Assembly: GCA_041596155.1 (NCBI GenBank)
Contig: JBFHJC010000001.1
Span: 1-52,716, forward strand
Direction: 5' to 3'
Length of the DNA stretch: 52,716 nucleotides
Origin: Ilumatobacter sp.
GTDB lineage: Bacteria; Actinomycetota; Acidimicrobiia; Acidimicrobiales; Ilumatobacteraceae
Shown: positions 1 to 10,526 of the stretch, in pieces
Layout of the letters: each line of letters begins with the position of its first letter
Position numbering within the stretch: the stretch's first letter is position 1
Made by a program: the position numbers and the translations under genes
Notes under the pieces: model-generated
The model's input: only the letters and a program-made list of their open reading frames with translations
The model's database searches: none
What the model was told of the DNA's origin: nothing

Positions 1-333
1 CAGGGCGCCAACCTGATCTCGAACGTGCCGCACAACCTCACCGAGGCGGGCGTCACGATCGCGATGATGGTCCGCCATGCTCTCGACACCGGCGCCGGCG
101 AGATCGAGGTCACCGAGCAGGCGCAGACCGAGTGGGTCGACCTCCTGCTGAGCGGCCCGCCGACGATGTTCAACAACCCCGACTGCACGCCCGGCTACTA
201 CAACAACGAGGGCCAGCCGAACGCGACCACGGCGCGGTACATGCGGGGCTACCCGCAGGGCGCGATGGCCTACTTCCAGTACCTGCGCGAGTGGCGGGAG
301 TCGGGCGGGTTCGACGGCGTCGAGTTCCGCTGA
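1..333 (+). CDS. Flavin-containing (Baeyer-Villiger-type) monooxygenase, C-terminal fragment (5' end outside window)
   Basis: Frame 1 is open from base 1 (QGANLISNVPHNL...). The C-terminal 'DCTPGYYNNEGQ...Y..G...YF.YL..WR..G.F.G.EF' is typical of cyclohexanone/steroid-type BVMO tails. Confidence 0.8.
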   Translation, partial: QGANLISNVPHNLTEAGVTIAMMVRHALDTGAGEIEVTEQAQTEWVDLLLSGPPTMFNNPDCTPGYYNNEGQPNATTARYMRGYPQGAMAYFQYLREWRESGGFDGVEFR

Positions 334-359
334 CCCGAGCGGGGCTTCCGGAACGCGAA

Positions 360-405
360 GCCGCCCACCGGCGACTGGGCGGAAGGGAGTCGGCCGGTGG
401 GCGGC
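360..405. terminator. GC-rich hairpin between convergent genes, probable terminator
   Basis: gccgcccaccggc-gact ... agtc-g-gccggtgggcggc inverted repeat between stops at 333 (+) and 461 (-). Confidence 0.5.
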
Positions 406-460
406 GGACACTCGCCGGCTCCACGGGCGGAGCCGACGGTGTGCAGACGTCGAACGGGCG

Positions 461-619
461 TCAGGCCGTTCGCGACTTGAAGATGCTGTAGCCGCCGGGT
501 CCGACGAGGAACGCGGCGACGATCAGCAGGATGCCGAGCAGGATCTGACCCTGCACGAGCTGTACGACGCCGATGATCCCGATGATCACGGCGAGGATCC
601 ACAGAAGGGTCGAGCTCAT
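461..619 (-). CDS. Small membrane protein with GPGG motif (52 aa)
   Basis: MSSTLLWILAVIIGIIGVVQLVQGQILLGILLIVAAFLVGPGGYSIFKSRTA: two hydrophobic helices plus GPGG. AGGAG SD lies 6 nt before the ATG at 619. Confidence 0.85.
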   Translation of the reverse strand: MSSTLLWILAVIIGIIGVVQLVQGQILLGILLIVAAFLVGPGGYSIFKSRTA

Positions 620-670
620 GGTTGTCTCCTTGGCGGGGGTGGGCTGCGCGGTTTCGCAGACAGCAGGGCG

Positions 671-697
671 ATACCCCACCGCCTGTGCCGCCAAACC
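671..697 (-). promoter_or_regulatory. SigF/SigB-type stress promoter
   Basis: Minus strand GGTTT-N16-GGGTAT, about 50 nt upstream of the GPGG gene. Confidence 0.6.
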
Positions 698-781
698 AGT
701 CACACGTTCATGTCGCGCTCACCCACCGCATCCCGGGCTGAGCGCGACATGCAGGGAGGCGGCCCCCGGGCAGCCCGGGGA

Positions 782-2866
<2,085 letters not shown>

Positions 2867-2994
2867 GTCGCCAGTCAAGCAGCCGGCCCGCCGGTCCGGG
2901 AAGGCGGCCCGCGGCCGCTCTCGCGGACGTCCCGCGGACCAGTCGGGCACCGGAGGGGGTTTCATGGGACGTGCAGATGGGAACGCGACCAACC

Positions 2995-4254
2995 ATGCGG
3001 CTCGCGCGCGCGACCGACCAGGCCAGGACGTATGCAGAGGTGCGCGCCTTGAGCGAGCGCCTCGCCGAGCCGCTGTCGCCAGAAGACCAGACCGCCCAGA
3101 CGATGCCCGACGTGAGCCCCACGAAGTGGCACCTCGCCCACACCACGTGGTTCTTCGAGACGTTCGTGCTCGAGCGTCACGAGCCGGGGTTCCGACCCCA
3201 CGATCCGGCGTTCCGCGTCTTGTTCAACAGCTACTACCAGGGTGTCGGGGATCAGTATCCGCGGGCCGAGCGAGGGGCGATCACGCGTCCCGGGGTGGCC
3301 GAGGTCCTGGGGTACCGGCGCGCCGTCGACGAGCGCATCGCCGCAATCGTCGACGAGCTCGACGGAGACGCCTGCGACCTCGTCGAGCTCGGGCTCCACC
3401 ACGAACAGCAGCATCAGGAGCTGCTCCTGATGGACATCAAGCACGTCCTGTCGCGCAATCCGACCAGGCCGGTGTACGCCCCACAGTGCGATCCGATCGA
3501 CGCTGGCCCCGATCCGGCGCGCTGGGTGGCCATCGACGGCGGTCTGGTCGACGTCGGTCACGGTGGGGACGGCTTCGCGTACGACAACGAATGCCCCCAG
3601 CATCGCGTCCACCTCGATCCGTACGAGCTGGCCGACCGGCTCGTCACGTCGGGCGAATGGATCGAGTTCATCGACGACGGCGGATACGAACGGCCCGACC
3701 TGTGGCTCTCCGACGGCTGGTATGCGGTGCAACAGCACGGCTGGGTCGCTCCGCTCTACTGGCAGCACATCGACGGCGAGTGGAACGTCCACACCCTCGG
3801 CGGCACCCGACCGGTCGCTCCGGCCGAACCGGTGTGCCACGTCAGCCACTACGAGGCGGACGCGTTCGCGCGTTGGGCAGGCGCGCGGCTTCCGACCGAA
3901 TTCGAGTGGGAGCACGCCGTGAGCACCGCCGGCTCCCAGGACCGGTGGTTCGCGCTCGACGGCCTGCACCCCGTCGCCGCTCCCCGGCCCACCGATCGAG
4001 GCGTCGTCCGCCAGGCGGCGGGGGAGTGCTGGCAGTGGACCGCCTCCGCCTACCTGCCGTATCCGGGTTTCGTGCCGGCGGCCGGGGCCGTCGGCGAGTA
4101 CAACGGCAAGTTCATGTCGGGCCAGATGGTGCTGCGCGGATCGAGCGCACTCACGCCCCCCGGGCACACCCGGCCCACCTATCGGAACTTCTTCCCACCC
4201 GCGGCGCGTTGGCCGATGACCGGGGTGCGCATGGCGAGGAACGACGACCGATGA
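2995..4254 (+). CDS. egtB: Ergothioneine biosynthesis sulfoxide synthase EgtB
   Basis: SPTKWHLAHTTWFFETF, HHEQQHQEL iron ligands, FGE-like domain with GEYNGKFM and YRNFF. Adjacent to egtD. Start could be 2977 or 2995. Confidence 0.93.
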   Translation: MRLARATDQARTYAEVRALSERLAEPLSPEDQTAQTMPDVSPTKWHLAHTTWFFETFVLERHEPGFRPHDPAFRVLFNSYYQGVGDQYPRAERGAITRPGVAEVLGYRRAVDERIAAIVDELDGDACDLVELGLHHEQQHQELLLMDIKHVLSRNPTRPVYAPQCDPIDAGPDPARWVAIDGGLVDVGHGGDGFAYDNECPQHRVHLDPYELADRLVTSGEWIEFIDDGGYERPDLWLSDGWYAVQQHGWVAPLYWQHIDGEWNVHTLGGTRPVAPAEPVCHVSHYEADAFARWAGARLPTEFEWEHAVSTAGSQDRWFALDGLHPVAAPRPTDRGVVRQAAGECWQWTASAYLPYPGFVPAAGAVGEYNGKFMSGQMVLRGSSALTPPGHTRPTYRNFFPPAARWPMTGVRMARNDDR

Positions 4255-5231
4255 GCGGCGTCGTGCTGGAGCCGACGTTCGAGAACCATCTCGAGGAAGG
4301 GTGGGCGCGCCGCGCCCTCGTCGAAGACGTCCGCCACGGCCTCGCCCGTCCCCCGTTCCGCCTGACGCCGAGGTGGTTGTACGACGAGCGCGGGAGTGAG
4401 CTGTTCGACCGCATCACCCGGCTCCCGGAGTACTACCTCACCGAGGCCGAACGCGAGGTCCTGCGGCGGGAGGCCGACCACATCGCCGAGCTGACCGGCG
4501 CCGACACCCTCGTCGAGCTGGGCTCGGGTACCTCCGACAAGACGCACACCCTCCTGCGGGCGTTCACTGCGGGCGACCAGCTCCGGCGGTTCGTGCCGTT
4601 CGACGTCAGCGAGGAGACGTTGCGCGACGCCGCGCGGCGCGTCGCAGAGCGCTACCCGGGCGTCCACGTGCACGGCATCGTCGGTGACTTCACGACGCAC
4701 CTGGCGCACATCCCCACCGACGGGACGCCGCTGGTCGCCTTCTTGGGCTCGACGATCGGCAATCTGTACGAGGAGGAACGCCAGGCGTTCCTGGCGATGC
4801 TCGGCGACCGGCTCGCCGGCGGCGGGTGGTTCCTCGTCGGCGTCGACCTCGTCAAGCCGGTCGAACGGCTCACGCCTGCGTACGACGACAGCCGCGGTGT
4901 CACCGCCCAGTTCACCCGCAACGTGCTGCGGGTGATCAACCGGGAGCTCGCAGCCGACTTCGACATCGAATCGTTCGACCACGTCGCGATCTGGGACCCG
5001 TCGCTCGAACGGATCGACATCCGGCTGCGGGCGATCGGCGATCACCACGTCCGCATCCCTGGCGCCGACCTCGAGGTCGACCTGTACGACGGCGCCGAGA
5101 TCCACGTCGAGGTGTCGACCAAGTTCCGGATCTCGCGCATCGCCGCCGACCTCGAACGAGCGGGCTTCGCTGTCCGCAACGTGTGGACCGACCGTCGCGG
5201 CGACTTCGCCGTCGTGCTCGCCCGAGCCTGA
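4251..5231 (+). CDS. egtD: L-histidine N-alpha-trimethyltransferase EgtD
   Basis: ATGA overlap with egtB. Motifs YDERGSELFDRITRLPEYY, ELGSGTS.KT, FLGSTIGN, AYDD..GVTA.F..N, E.S.KF. Confidence 0.93.
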   Translation: MSGVVLEPTFENHLEEGWARRALVEDVRHGLARPPFRLTPRWLYDERGSELFDRITRLPEYYLTEAEREVLRREADHIAELTGADTLVELGSGTSDKTHTLLRAFTAGDQLRRFVPFDVSEETLRDAARRVAERYPGVHVHGIVGDFTTHLAHIPTDGTPLVAFLGSTIGNLYEEERQAFLAMLGDRLAGGGWFLVGVDLVKPVERLTPAYDDSRGVTAQFTRNVLRVINRELAADFDIESFDHVAIWDPSLERIDIRLRAIGDHHVRIPGADLEVDLYDGAEIHVEVSTKFRISRIAADLERAGFAVRNVWTDRRGDFAVVLARA

Positions 5232-5258
5232 TCGCGCTCGCCGTCCTACCGTGGACGG

Positions 5259-5702
5259 ATGGACCGCAGCACGACGACACCGGACGACTTCCTGGCCGCC
5301 ATCGACGACGCGGAGGTTCGCGAGGCGATGGTCGCGCTCGACCACGTGATCGCGGCGGCGATGCCCGGACGCTCGCGGACCTTGTGGCAAGGCGTGTTCT
5401 GGGGCGGCACCCATCAGTCGATCATCGGGTATGGCGACATCGTGCAACCGCGCCCGCGCGGTGCCCACGCGGAGTGGTTCCTGGTCGGCCTGGCACGCCA
5501 GAAGTCCGGCTTCAGCGTGTACGTGAACGCGGTCGAGGACGGCGCCTACCTGGGCGGTCGCTACGCCGACCGGCTCGGCAAGGTCAAGGTCGGGTCGGCG
5601 AGCCTGGGTTTCCGCCGTGTCGCCGACATCGATCTGGACGTGCTCGCCGAGCTGTCGGCCCACGCCGACCGCATCACACCCCCCGATGCTCGTCGCGCCT
5701 GA
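5259..5702 (+). CDS. DUF1801-like domain protein
   Basis: 'IIGYG...EWF.VGLA.QK...SVYV...LGK.KVG.A.L.F....DID..VL.EL' pattern. TACCGT -10 lies 6 nt before the ATG. Confidence 0.7.
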   Translation: MDRSTTTPDDFLAAIDDAEVREAMVALDHVIAAAMPGRSRTLWQGVFWGGTHQSIIGYGDIVQPRPRGAHAEWFLVGLARQKSGFSVYVNAVEDGAYLGGRYADRLGKVKVGSASLGFRRVADIDLDVLAELSAHADRITPPDARRA

Positions 5703-5709
5703 GCGCTCG

Positions 5710-8457
5710 CTACACCAGCGGCTTGCCGAGGCGGCGTCGGACCGTGTTCCGGACTCGTGTGCGCAGCTTCTCGACCGCCAGGTAGAAGACGGGGAACGCG
5801 ACCAGGACCAGGATCGTCGAGCTGATCAGCCCGCCGATCAGCGTGAAGCTCAACGACTCCCAGAACGGATCGCTGAGCGCCAGGGGCAGCAGCCCGACCA
5901 CCGTGGTGAAGGTGGTGGCGACCAGCGGCCGGAAGCGGCGCTCGACCGCGTCGGCGATGGCCAGGCCCGGGCGCAGGCCGCGTCGACGCGCCTGGTTCGC
6001 CGCGTCCACCAGCAGGATCGTGTTGTTGACGACGACGCCGATCAGCGCGATGAACCCGACCATCACGAAGAAGCTGAGCGGGTTGCCGCTGAGGTTCAGC
6101 GCCGTGAACACGCCCATGAAGCTGAACGGGATGGCCAGGAAGATGAGCAGCGGCTGCACGAGTGACCGGAACTGCACGACGAGCAGCACCAGCATCAGGA
6201 GCAAGGCGACGACGAGCGCCCGTCCGAGGGCTGCGAAGTCGTCCTGGTTGTCCGACTCCTGGCCGTAGTCGAAGCTGATGGCGTCCGGGCGGAGCCCGGC
6301 GGCGGCCAGCTCGTCGGGGCCGAACAGCTCGGCCACGAGTTCCTCGGCGGCGTCGAGGTTGTTCGTGAGGTCGTCCGTGGTGAACTTGGCGCGCACCTCG
6401 ATCTGGCGCTGCCCGTCGATCCGATAGACGATGCCCTCGGTCGACACGATCGCGTCCTCGACGACGGTCGCCTCGCCGGACGCCTTGTCGAGCTCGGCGC
6501 CGATCAGCGCGGTGCGGAGCTCGGCGGCGACCCGACGGCCGGCCTCGACGCTGTCGTCGTCGACGGTGATCTGAGCGGCGAACGGGTACTCCTCGACCGG
6601 CGGGCCGTTCTCGAGCTGGATCACCGAGGCCCTCATGCCGGGTACCGCGCCCAGCGCCTGCTCGAGTCGTTCGACGTACACCGGCGACTTGGTGTCGCGC
6701 TCGTCGAACGGGGTCAGATCGACGATCGCGAACAACTGGCGCTCGTTGGCGTTGATGTACTGGGAGCGCACCAGGTCGCCACCGACCGTCGCCAGCACGA
6801 TCTCGTCGACCTCGTCGCTCAGCTCCTGGGCCTGTTCGATCGTCGTGCCGGCGTCGAAGTCGGCGGTCACGAACAGGGAGTTGGCGTCGTCGGTCGGCGG
6901 GAAGATGTTGAACCCGAGCGTCGCCGCGACCTGGAACGAACCGAACACGACACCGATCGCGCCCGCGAGCACCGCGAGGCCCACGGCGACGCCCTTGCCG
7001 CCGTGGCTCGACGGGTACTCGGCCAGCCGTCCGAGGCCGCGGGCGGTGCGGCGCTCGGCGCGCGTGACCGGGTTGTGCGGAGCGACGCCGCGGAGCAGGA
7101 ACGGCTTGGCGATGGCGGGGATGAACAACACCGAGAACAGGAACGAGAGCAGCAGCGTGAGGATGACCGTCGCCGGGATGGCTCGGATGAACTCGCCGAG
7201 CACACCGGTGACGAACAGCATGGGCGCGAACACGAGCACCGTCGTGAGCGTGCCCGAGAGCGATGCGGTGCCGACACGGTTGATCGCCGTCCGAACCACG
7301 CCGATCGCGTCATCGGCCTCGTCCCGGTTGGCGTCGATCGATTCGGAGATGACGATCGCGTCGTCGACGAGCAGTCCGAGCGTGAGGATCAGGCCGAACA
7401 GCGTGATCGTGTTCAAGGAGTATCCGAGCGCCCAGAGGCCACCGAGCGCCGCCATGACCACCGTCGCCATGAACAGGGCCGTGACGATCGACACCCGCCA
7501 ACCGATCAGGAGGAAGCTGACGATCGCCACGGCGATCAGGCCCTGCAGCAGGCTGCGCGTCAACGAGCTGATCTGGGTGCGGATGTCGTTGGCGAAGTCG
7601 GCCGTGACCGCCGCCCGGTAGCCGTCGGACAGGACCGTCTGCTCGTCGAGCAACCCGTTGATCTCGTCGCTGAAGCCGAGCAGGTCGAGGTCGCTGCCGT
7701 CCGACCGGACGAGCCCGATCGCGATGGCCTCGTCGTACCGTCCGGTGTCGGCGAACGCGACGCGGATGAAACGTGTGCGGCGGACCTCCTCCTCGCCCGT
7801 CGCGGCGTTCACGCCCTCGGTCAGCAGGTTGCGCACGTCGGCTCGCTCGACACCGTCACCCGTCTCGAGATACGTCTCCAGCTTCGCGGCCTCCGCCTCG
7901 AGCTCTGCCGCCGACGAGTCCGCCGGACCGCTGATCGTCACCAGCAGGTCGTAGACCTCGAGGAACTTGGTCGCGTCGATCGGGCGGATGGTCACGTCGG
8001 CCTCGGGCGGCAGACCGATGGTCGGCGTCGCCTGTTCGAGCAGCGCCGCCCCCTCCGGGGACGAGAACGCGTCGTCGAACTCGACCACGACCGCGAACGC
8101 GTTGCCTCGCGAGAACGACTGGACCTCCTCCACCCCGGCGATCGCGGCGAAGGCGTCGGCGAGCGGCACCGCGACGTCGGCGTCGACCGCCGATGGATCG
8201 TCGACGAAGTAGGTCCCGTCGACCACGACGATCGGCAGGTTCACAGGGGGGAACCCTTCGCGAGCCAGCCCCCCGCCGTAGGCGAGCAGCCCGACCAGCA
8301 CGACGACGGCCCAGAGCGCGAGGGTCGCGCGCCAGTGTCGGGTCGCCGCTGCGGCCAGTCGGGTGATCGGCGACCGGGCTCGTACGGTGTCGTCGTCGCC
8401 GCGATCCGGCCCGATCTCGGGCGACGCCTCCGCCGGCGCGGTGTCGACCTGTGTCAT
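5710..8457 (-). CDS. RND-family efflux permease (AcrB/AcrD/AcrF-like)
   Basis: About 915 aa with two TM bundles. Motifs LNTITLFGLILTLGLLVDDAIVISE, GVLGEFI, GVVVNNTILLVD, RFRPLVATT. Start placed at MTQVDT. Confidence 0.88.
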   Translation of the reverse strand: MTQVDTAPAEASPEIGPDRGDDDTVRARSPITRLAAAATRHWRATLALWAVVVLVGLLAYGGGLAREGFPPVNLPIVVVDGTYFVDDPSAVDADVAVPLADAFAAIAGVEEVQSFSRGNAFAVVVEFDDAFSSPEGAALLEQATPTIGLPPEADVTIRPIDATKFLEVYDLLVTISGPADSSAAELEAEAAKLETYLETGDGVERADVRNLLTEGVNAATGEEEVRRTRFIRVAFADTGRYDEAIAIGLVRSDGSDLDLLGFSDEINGLLDEQTVLSDGYRAAVTADFANDIRTQISSLTRSLLQGLIAVAIVSFLLIGWRVSIVTALFMATVVMAALGGLWALGYSLNTITLFGLILTLGLLVDDAIVISESIDANRDEADDAIGVVRTAINRVGTASLSGTLTTVLVFAPMLFVTGVLGEFIRAIPATVILTLLLSFLFSVLFIPAIAKPFLLRGVAPHNPVTRAERRTARGLGRLAEYPSSHGGKGVAVGLAVLAGAIGVVFGSFQVAATLGFNIFPPTDDANSLFVTADFDAGTTIEQAQELSDEVDEIVLATVGGDLVRSQYINANERQLFAIVDLTPFDERDTKSPVYVERLEQALGAVPGMRASVIQLENGPPVEEYPFAAQITVDDDSVEAGRRVAAELRTALIGAELDKASGEATVVEDAIVSTEGIVYRIDGQRQIEVRAKFTTDDLTNNLDAAEELVAELFGPDELAAAGLRPDAISFDYGQESDNQDDFAALGRALVVALLLMLVLLVVQFRSLVQPLLIFLAIPFSFMGVFTALNLSGNPLSFFVMVGFIALIGVVVNNTILLVDAANQARRRGLRPGLAIADAVERRFRPLVATTFTTVVGLLPLALSDPFWESLSFTLIGGLISSTILVLVAFPVFYLAVEKLRTRVRNTVRRRLGKPLV

Positions 8458-8564
8458 GACGGTCGACGGTACCGACCATCCCGTGCGCGTGCGTCGTCCT
8501 GCCGGAGGTCCGCTGGTGGGTCGTGGGCAGGACCAGACCACCCTCGATCCCCTACTCTCCGAGT

Positions 8565-8972
8565 GTGCGACTCGAAGTCACGCGCAAGAGCGACCTCGCG
8601 GTGCGAGCGATGCGGGCGCTCGGGCAGCGCACCGTTCGCGTGAAGGGGTCGGACCTCGCCGAGCTGATCGACACGACCCCGGGCTTCGTCGCCCAGGTGA
8701 TGACGCCGCTGGTCCGGGCGGGATGGGTCGCGTCCGACCCGGGTCCGACCGGCGGTTACCGGATCGCGGTCGAGCTCGATGACGTGTCGGTCCTCGACGT
8801 CATCGAGCTGATCGAAGGCCCGACCGATACCGGGCAGTGCGTCCTGGTCGACCGGCCCTGCGACCCGAGCGAACGCTGCGCCCTGCACGCGCCGTGGAGC
8901 GCGGCGCGCGACCGCCTCCTGCGCGAGCTGAGCCGGACGCCGCTGTCCGACGTCCGACTCGATGCCCGTTGA
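8565..8972 (+). CDS. Rrf2-family transcriptional regulator
   Basis: VRLEVTRKSDLAVRAM, 'LV.AG.V.S.PGPTGGY', three Cys (C-x6-C-x5-C) suggesting an Fe-S ligand set. TACTCT -10 lies 6 nt before the GTG. Confidence 0.88.
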   Translation: MRLEVTRKSDLAVRAMRALGQRTVRVKGSDLAELIDTTPGFVAQVMTPLVRAGWVASDPGPTGGYRIAVELDDVSVLDVIELIEGPTDTGQCVLVDRPCDPSERCALHAPWSAARDRLLRELSRTPLSDVRLDAR

Positions 8973-8993
8973 CGGGCCCCGTGACGGACCCGG

Positions 8994-10385
8994 TCACGGC
9001 TGGCCGTCGCCGGCCTGGAGCAGACCCACCGCCCCGCGCCCGGGAAAGTTGAAGGCGTGGGTGACGATCGGGTAGAGGCCGTCTTCGGCGGTGCGCAGGT
9101 CGACGACGGCGCCCTGGGCCGGCGCGAGGTCGACCGCCTGGGAGCCCCAGGTGCCCTCGTTGCCCTCGGCGAGGTGCACCCCTTCCTTCCACACCTGGTG
9201 GAAGATCGTGCCGACGATGTGGAACGACGAGTCGATCGACGGGCCGACGTCGAGCACGAAGAACCGCACCGTGTCGCCGGTGGGCACCTCGATCGGGTGG
9301 TCCTTGTACTGCGCGGCGACCCCGTTGAACATCACGAGGTCGGGCGATGGTGCGCCCTGGTTCGCCTTCTCGAACGACGACACCTCGCCCTGTGGGCCGA
9401 GGTACCACTCGTTCTGCACGACGAAGAACTCGTGATCGACGGGCGGGAGCCCGCCGATCGGTTCGACGATCATCATCCCGAACATGCCGTTGGCGATGTG
9501 GTGCAGCACCGGGTCGGTGCCGCAGTGGTACATCCAGACGCCGGCGTAGTCGGTCGTGAACTCGTAGATCAGCTCCTCACCGGGGGCGATCGACCGCATC
9601 TCGTCGTTCCACGCGACCTGCGAGGCGTGGAAGTCGACCGAGTGCGACACGGCGGCGTCGGGTGGGTTGACGAGGTGCACGCGGACGGTGTCACCCACCT
9701 GCGTCCTGATCACCGGCCCTGGCAGTTGACCGTTGTAGGTCCACACCATCTGCTCGAAGCCCTCGGCGACCGTCATGATGCGCTCCTCGACCACCATCTC
9801 GACCTCGATCAGGTCGCCACCCCCGGGCGCGCCCCCGGGAATCAACGTGAACCCCTCGCCCTCGCCGCGAGCCGGCGCTCGGGGGTCGCGCAGGTCGTAC
9901 GGCGCGGCGTCGGGGTTCGCCTCGACGGCCCCGGCCGCCGGAGTGGCCGCGTGGGCCGGCGCGACGGCCGCGACCGAGCCCGGCGTGTCGAGCCGGCCGA
10001 CCATACCGGCGTCGGCGTGGCCAGGGATCGTGCAGTGGAAGTCGACCCCGCCTTCGGGCACCTCGAATTCGAACTCGACCGTCTCGCCGGCGGCGGCCAC
10101 GACGGGTGTCCCGTCGCCGATGGCGATGTCGTGTTCGATGTTCCCCTGGTTGACGAGGACGCCCCGGTAGGTGCCGGGTTCGACGACCAGCGCCATCGGC
10201 GCGAAGCCGAACTCGTCGCCGACGAACTCGATCGTGTCGCCGGGCTGGTACGCGGCGGCGGCCGCAGCGTCGCCGGATCCGCCGAAGGCGGAGCCCGGGC
10301 GTCCAGGGGCGCCGTCGTCGGCGCACGCCGCCCCGAGAGAGATGATGAGCGCCATCGCGGCGCTCAACCGGAACTTCGATGCCAT
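8994..10385 (-). CDS. nirK: Copper-containing nitrite reductase (NirK-type) lipoprotein with extra N-terminal cupredoxin domain
   Basis: Lipobox LGAAC. N-terminal HDIAI...FHCTIPGHADAGM (type 1 Cu). NirK motifs HSVDFHA, WMYHCGT.P.LHHIANGMFG, SSFHIVG, YPIVTHAF. AAGGAGG SD before the ATG. Confidence 0.85.
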   Translation of the reverse strand: MASKFRLSAAMALIISLGAACADDGAPGRPGSAFGGSGDAAAAAAYQPGDTIEFVGDEFGFAPMALVVEPGTYRGVLVNQGNIEHDIAIGDGTPVVAAAGETVEFEFEVPEGGVDFHCTIPGHADAGMVGRLDTPGSVAAVAPAHAATPAAGAVEANPDAAPYDLRDPRAPARGEGEGFTLIPGGAPGGGDLIEVEMVVEERIMTVAEGFEQMVWTYNGQLPGPVIRTQVGDTVRVHLVNPPDAAVSHSVDFHASQVAWNDEMRSIAPGEELIYEFTTDYAGVWMYHCGTDPVLHHIANGMFGMMIVEPIGGLPPVDHEFFVVQNEWYLGPQGEVSSFEKANQGAPSPDLVMFNGVAAQYKDHPIEVPTGDTVRFFVLDVGPSIDSSFHIVGTIFHQVWKEGVHLAEGNEGTWGSQAVDLAPAQGAVVDLRTAEDGLYPIVTHAFNFPGRGAVGLLQAGDGQP

Positions 10386-10467
10386 CTCGACCTCCTTCGG
10401 ACGAGTCGCCACGTTCTGGCGGCAGGACCTCTGACACTCATCCTGTACTCATGCACTACATGATTGT

Positions 10468-10485
10468 GAGGGCCGAAAGACCCTC
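10468..10485. promoter_or_regulatory. DosR/DevR-like palindromic box upstream of nirK
   Basis: GAGGGCCGAAAGACCCTC resembles the GGGACTWWAGTCCC core. A weaker second site (caggacctctgacact) sits at 10423-10438. Confidence 0.5.
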
Positions 10486-10526
10486 CGTTGCGGGGCGCCA
10501 TGGCGCCGACTGCTAGAACCCGGCAA

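Noticed and set aside
2995-4254. Selenoneine synthase SenA
   Set aside because: No selD/senB nearby, and the sequence and egtD coupling fit a canonical EgtB.
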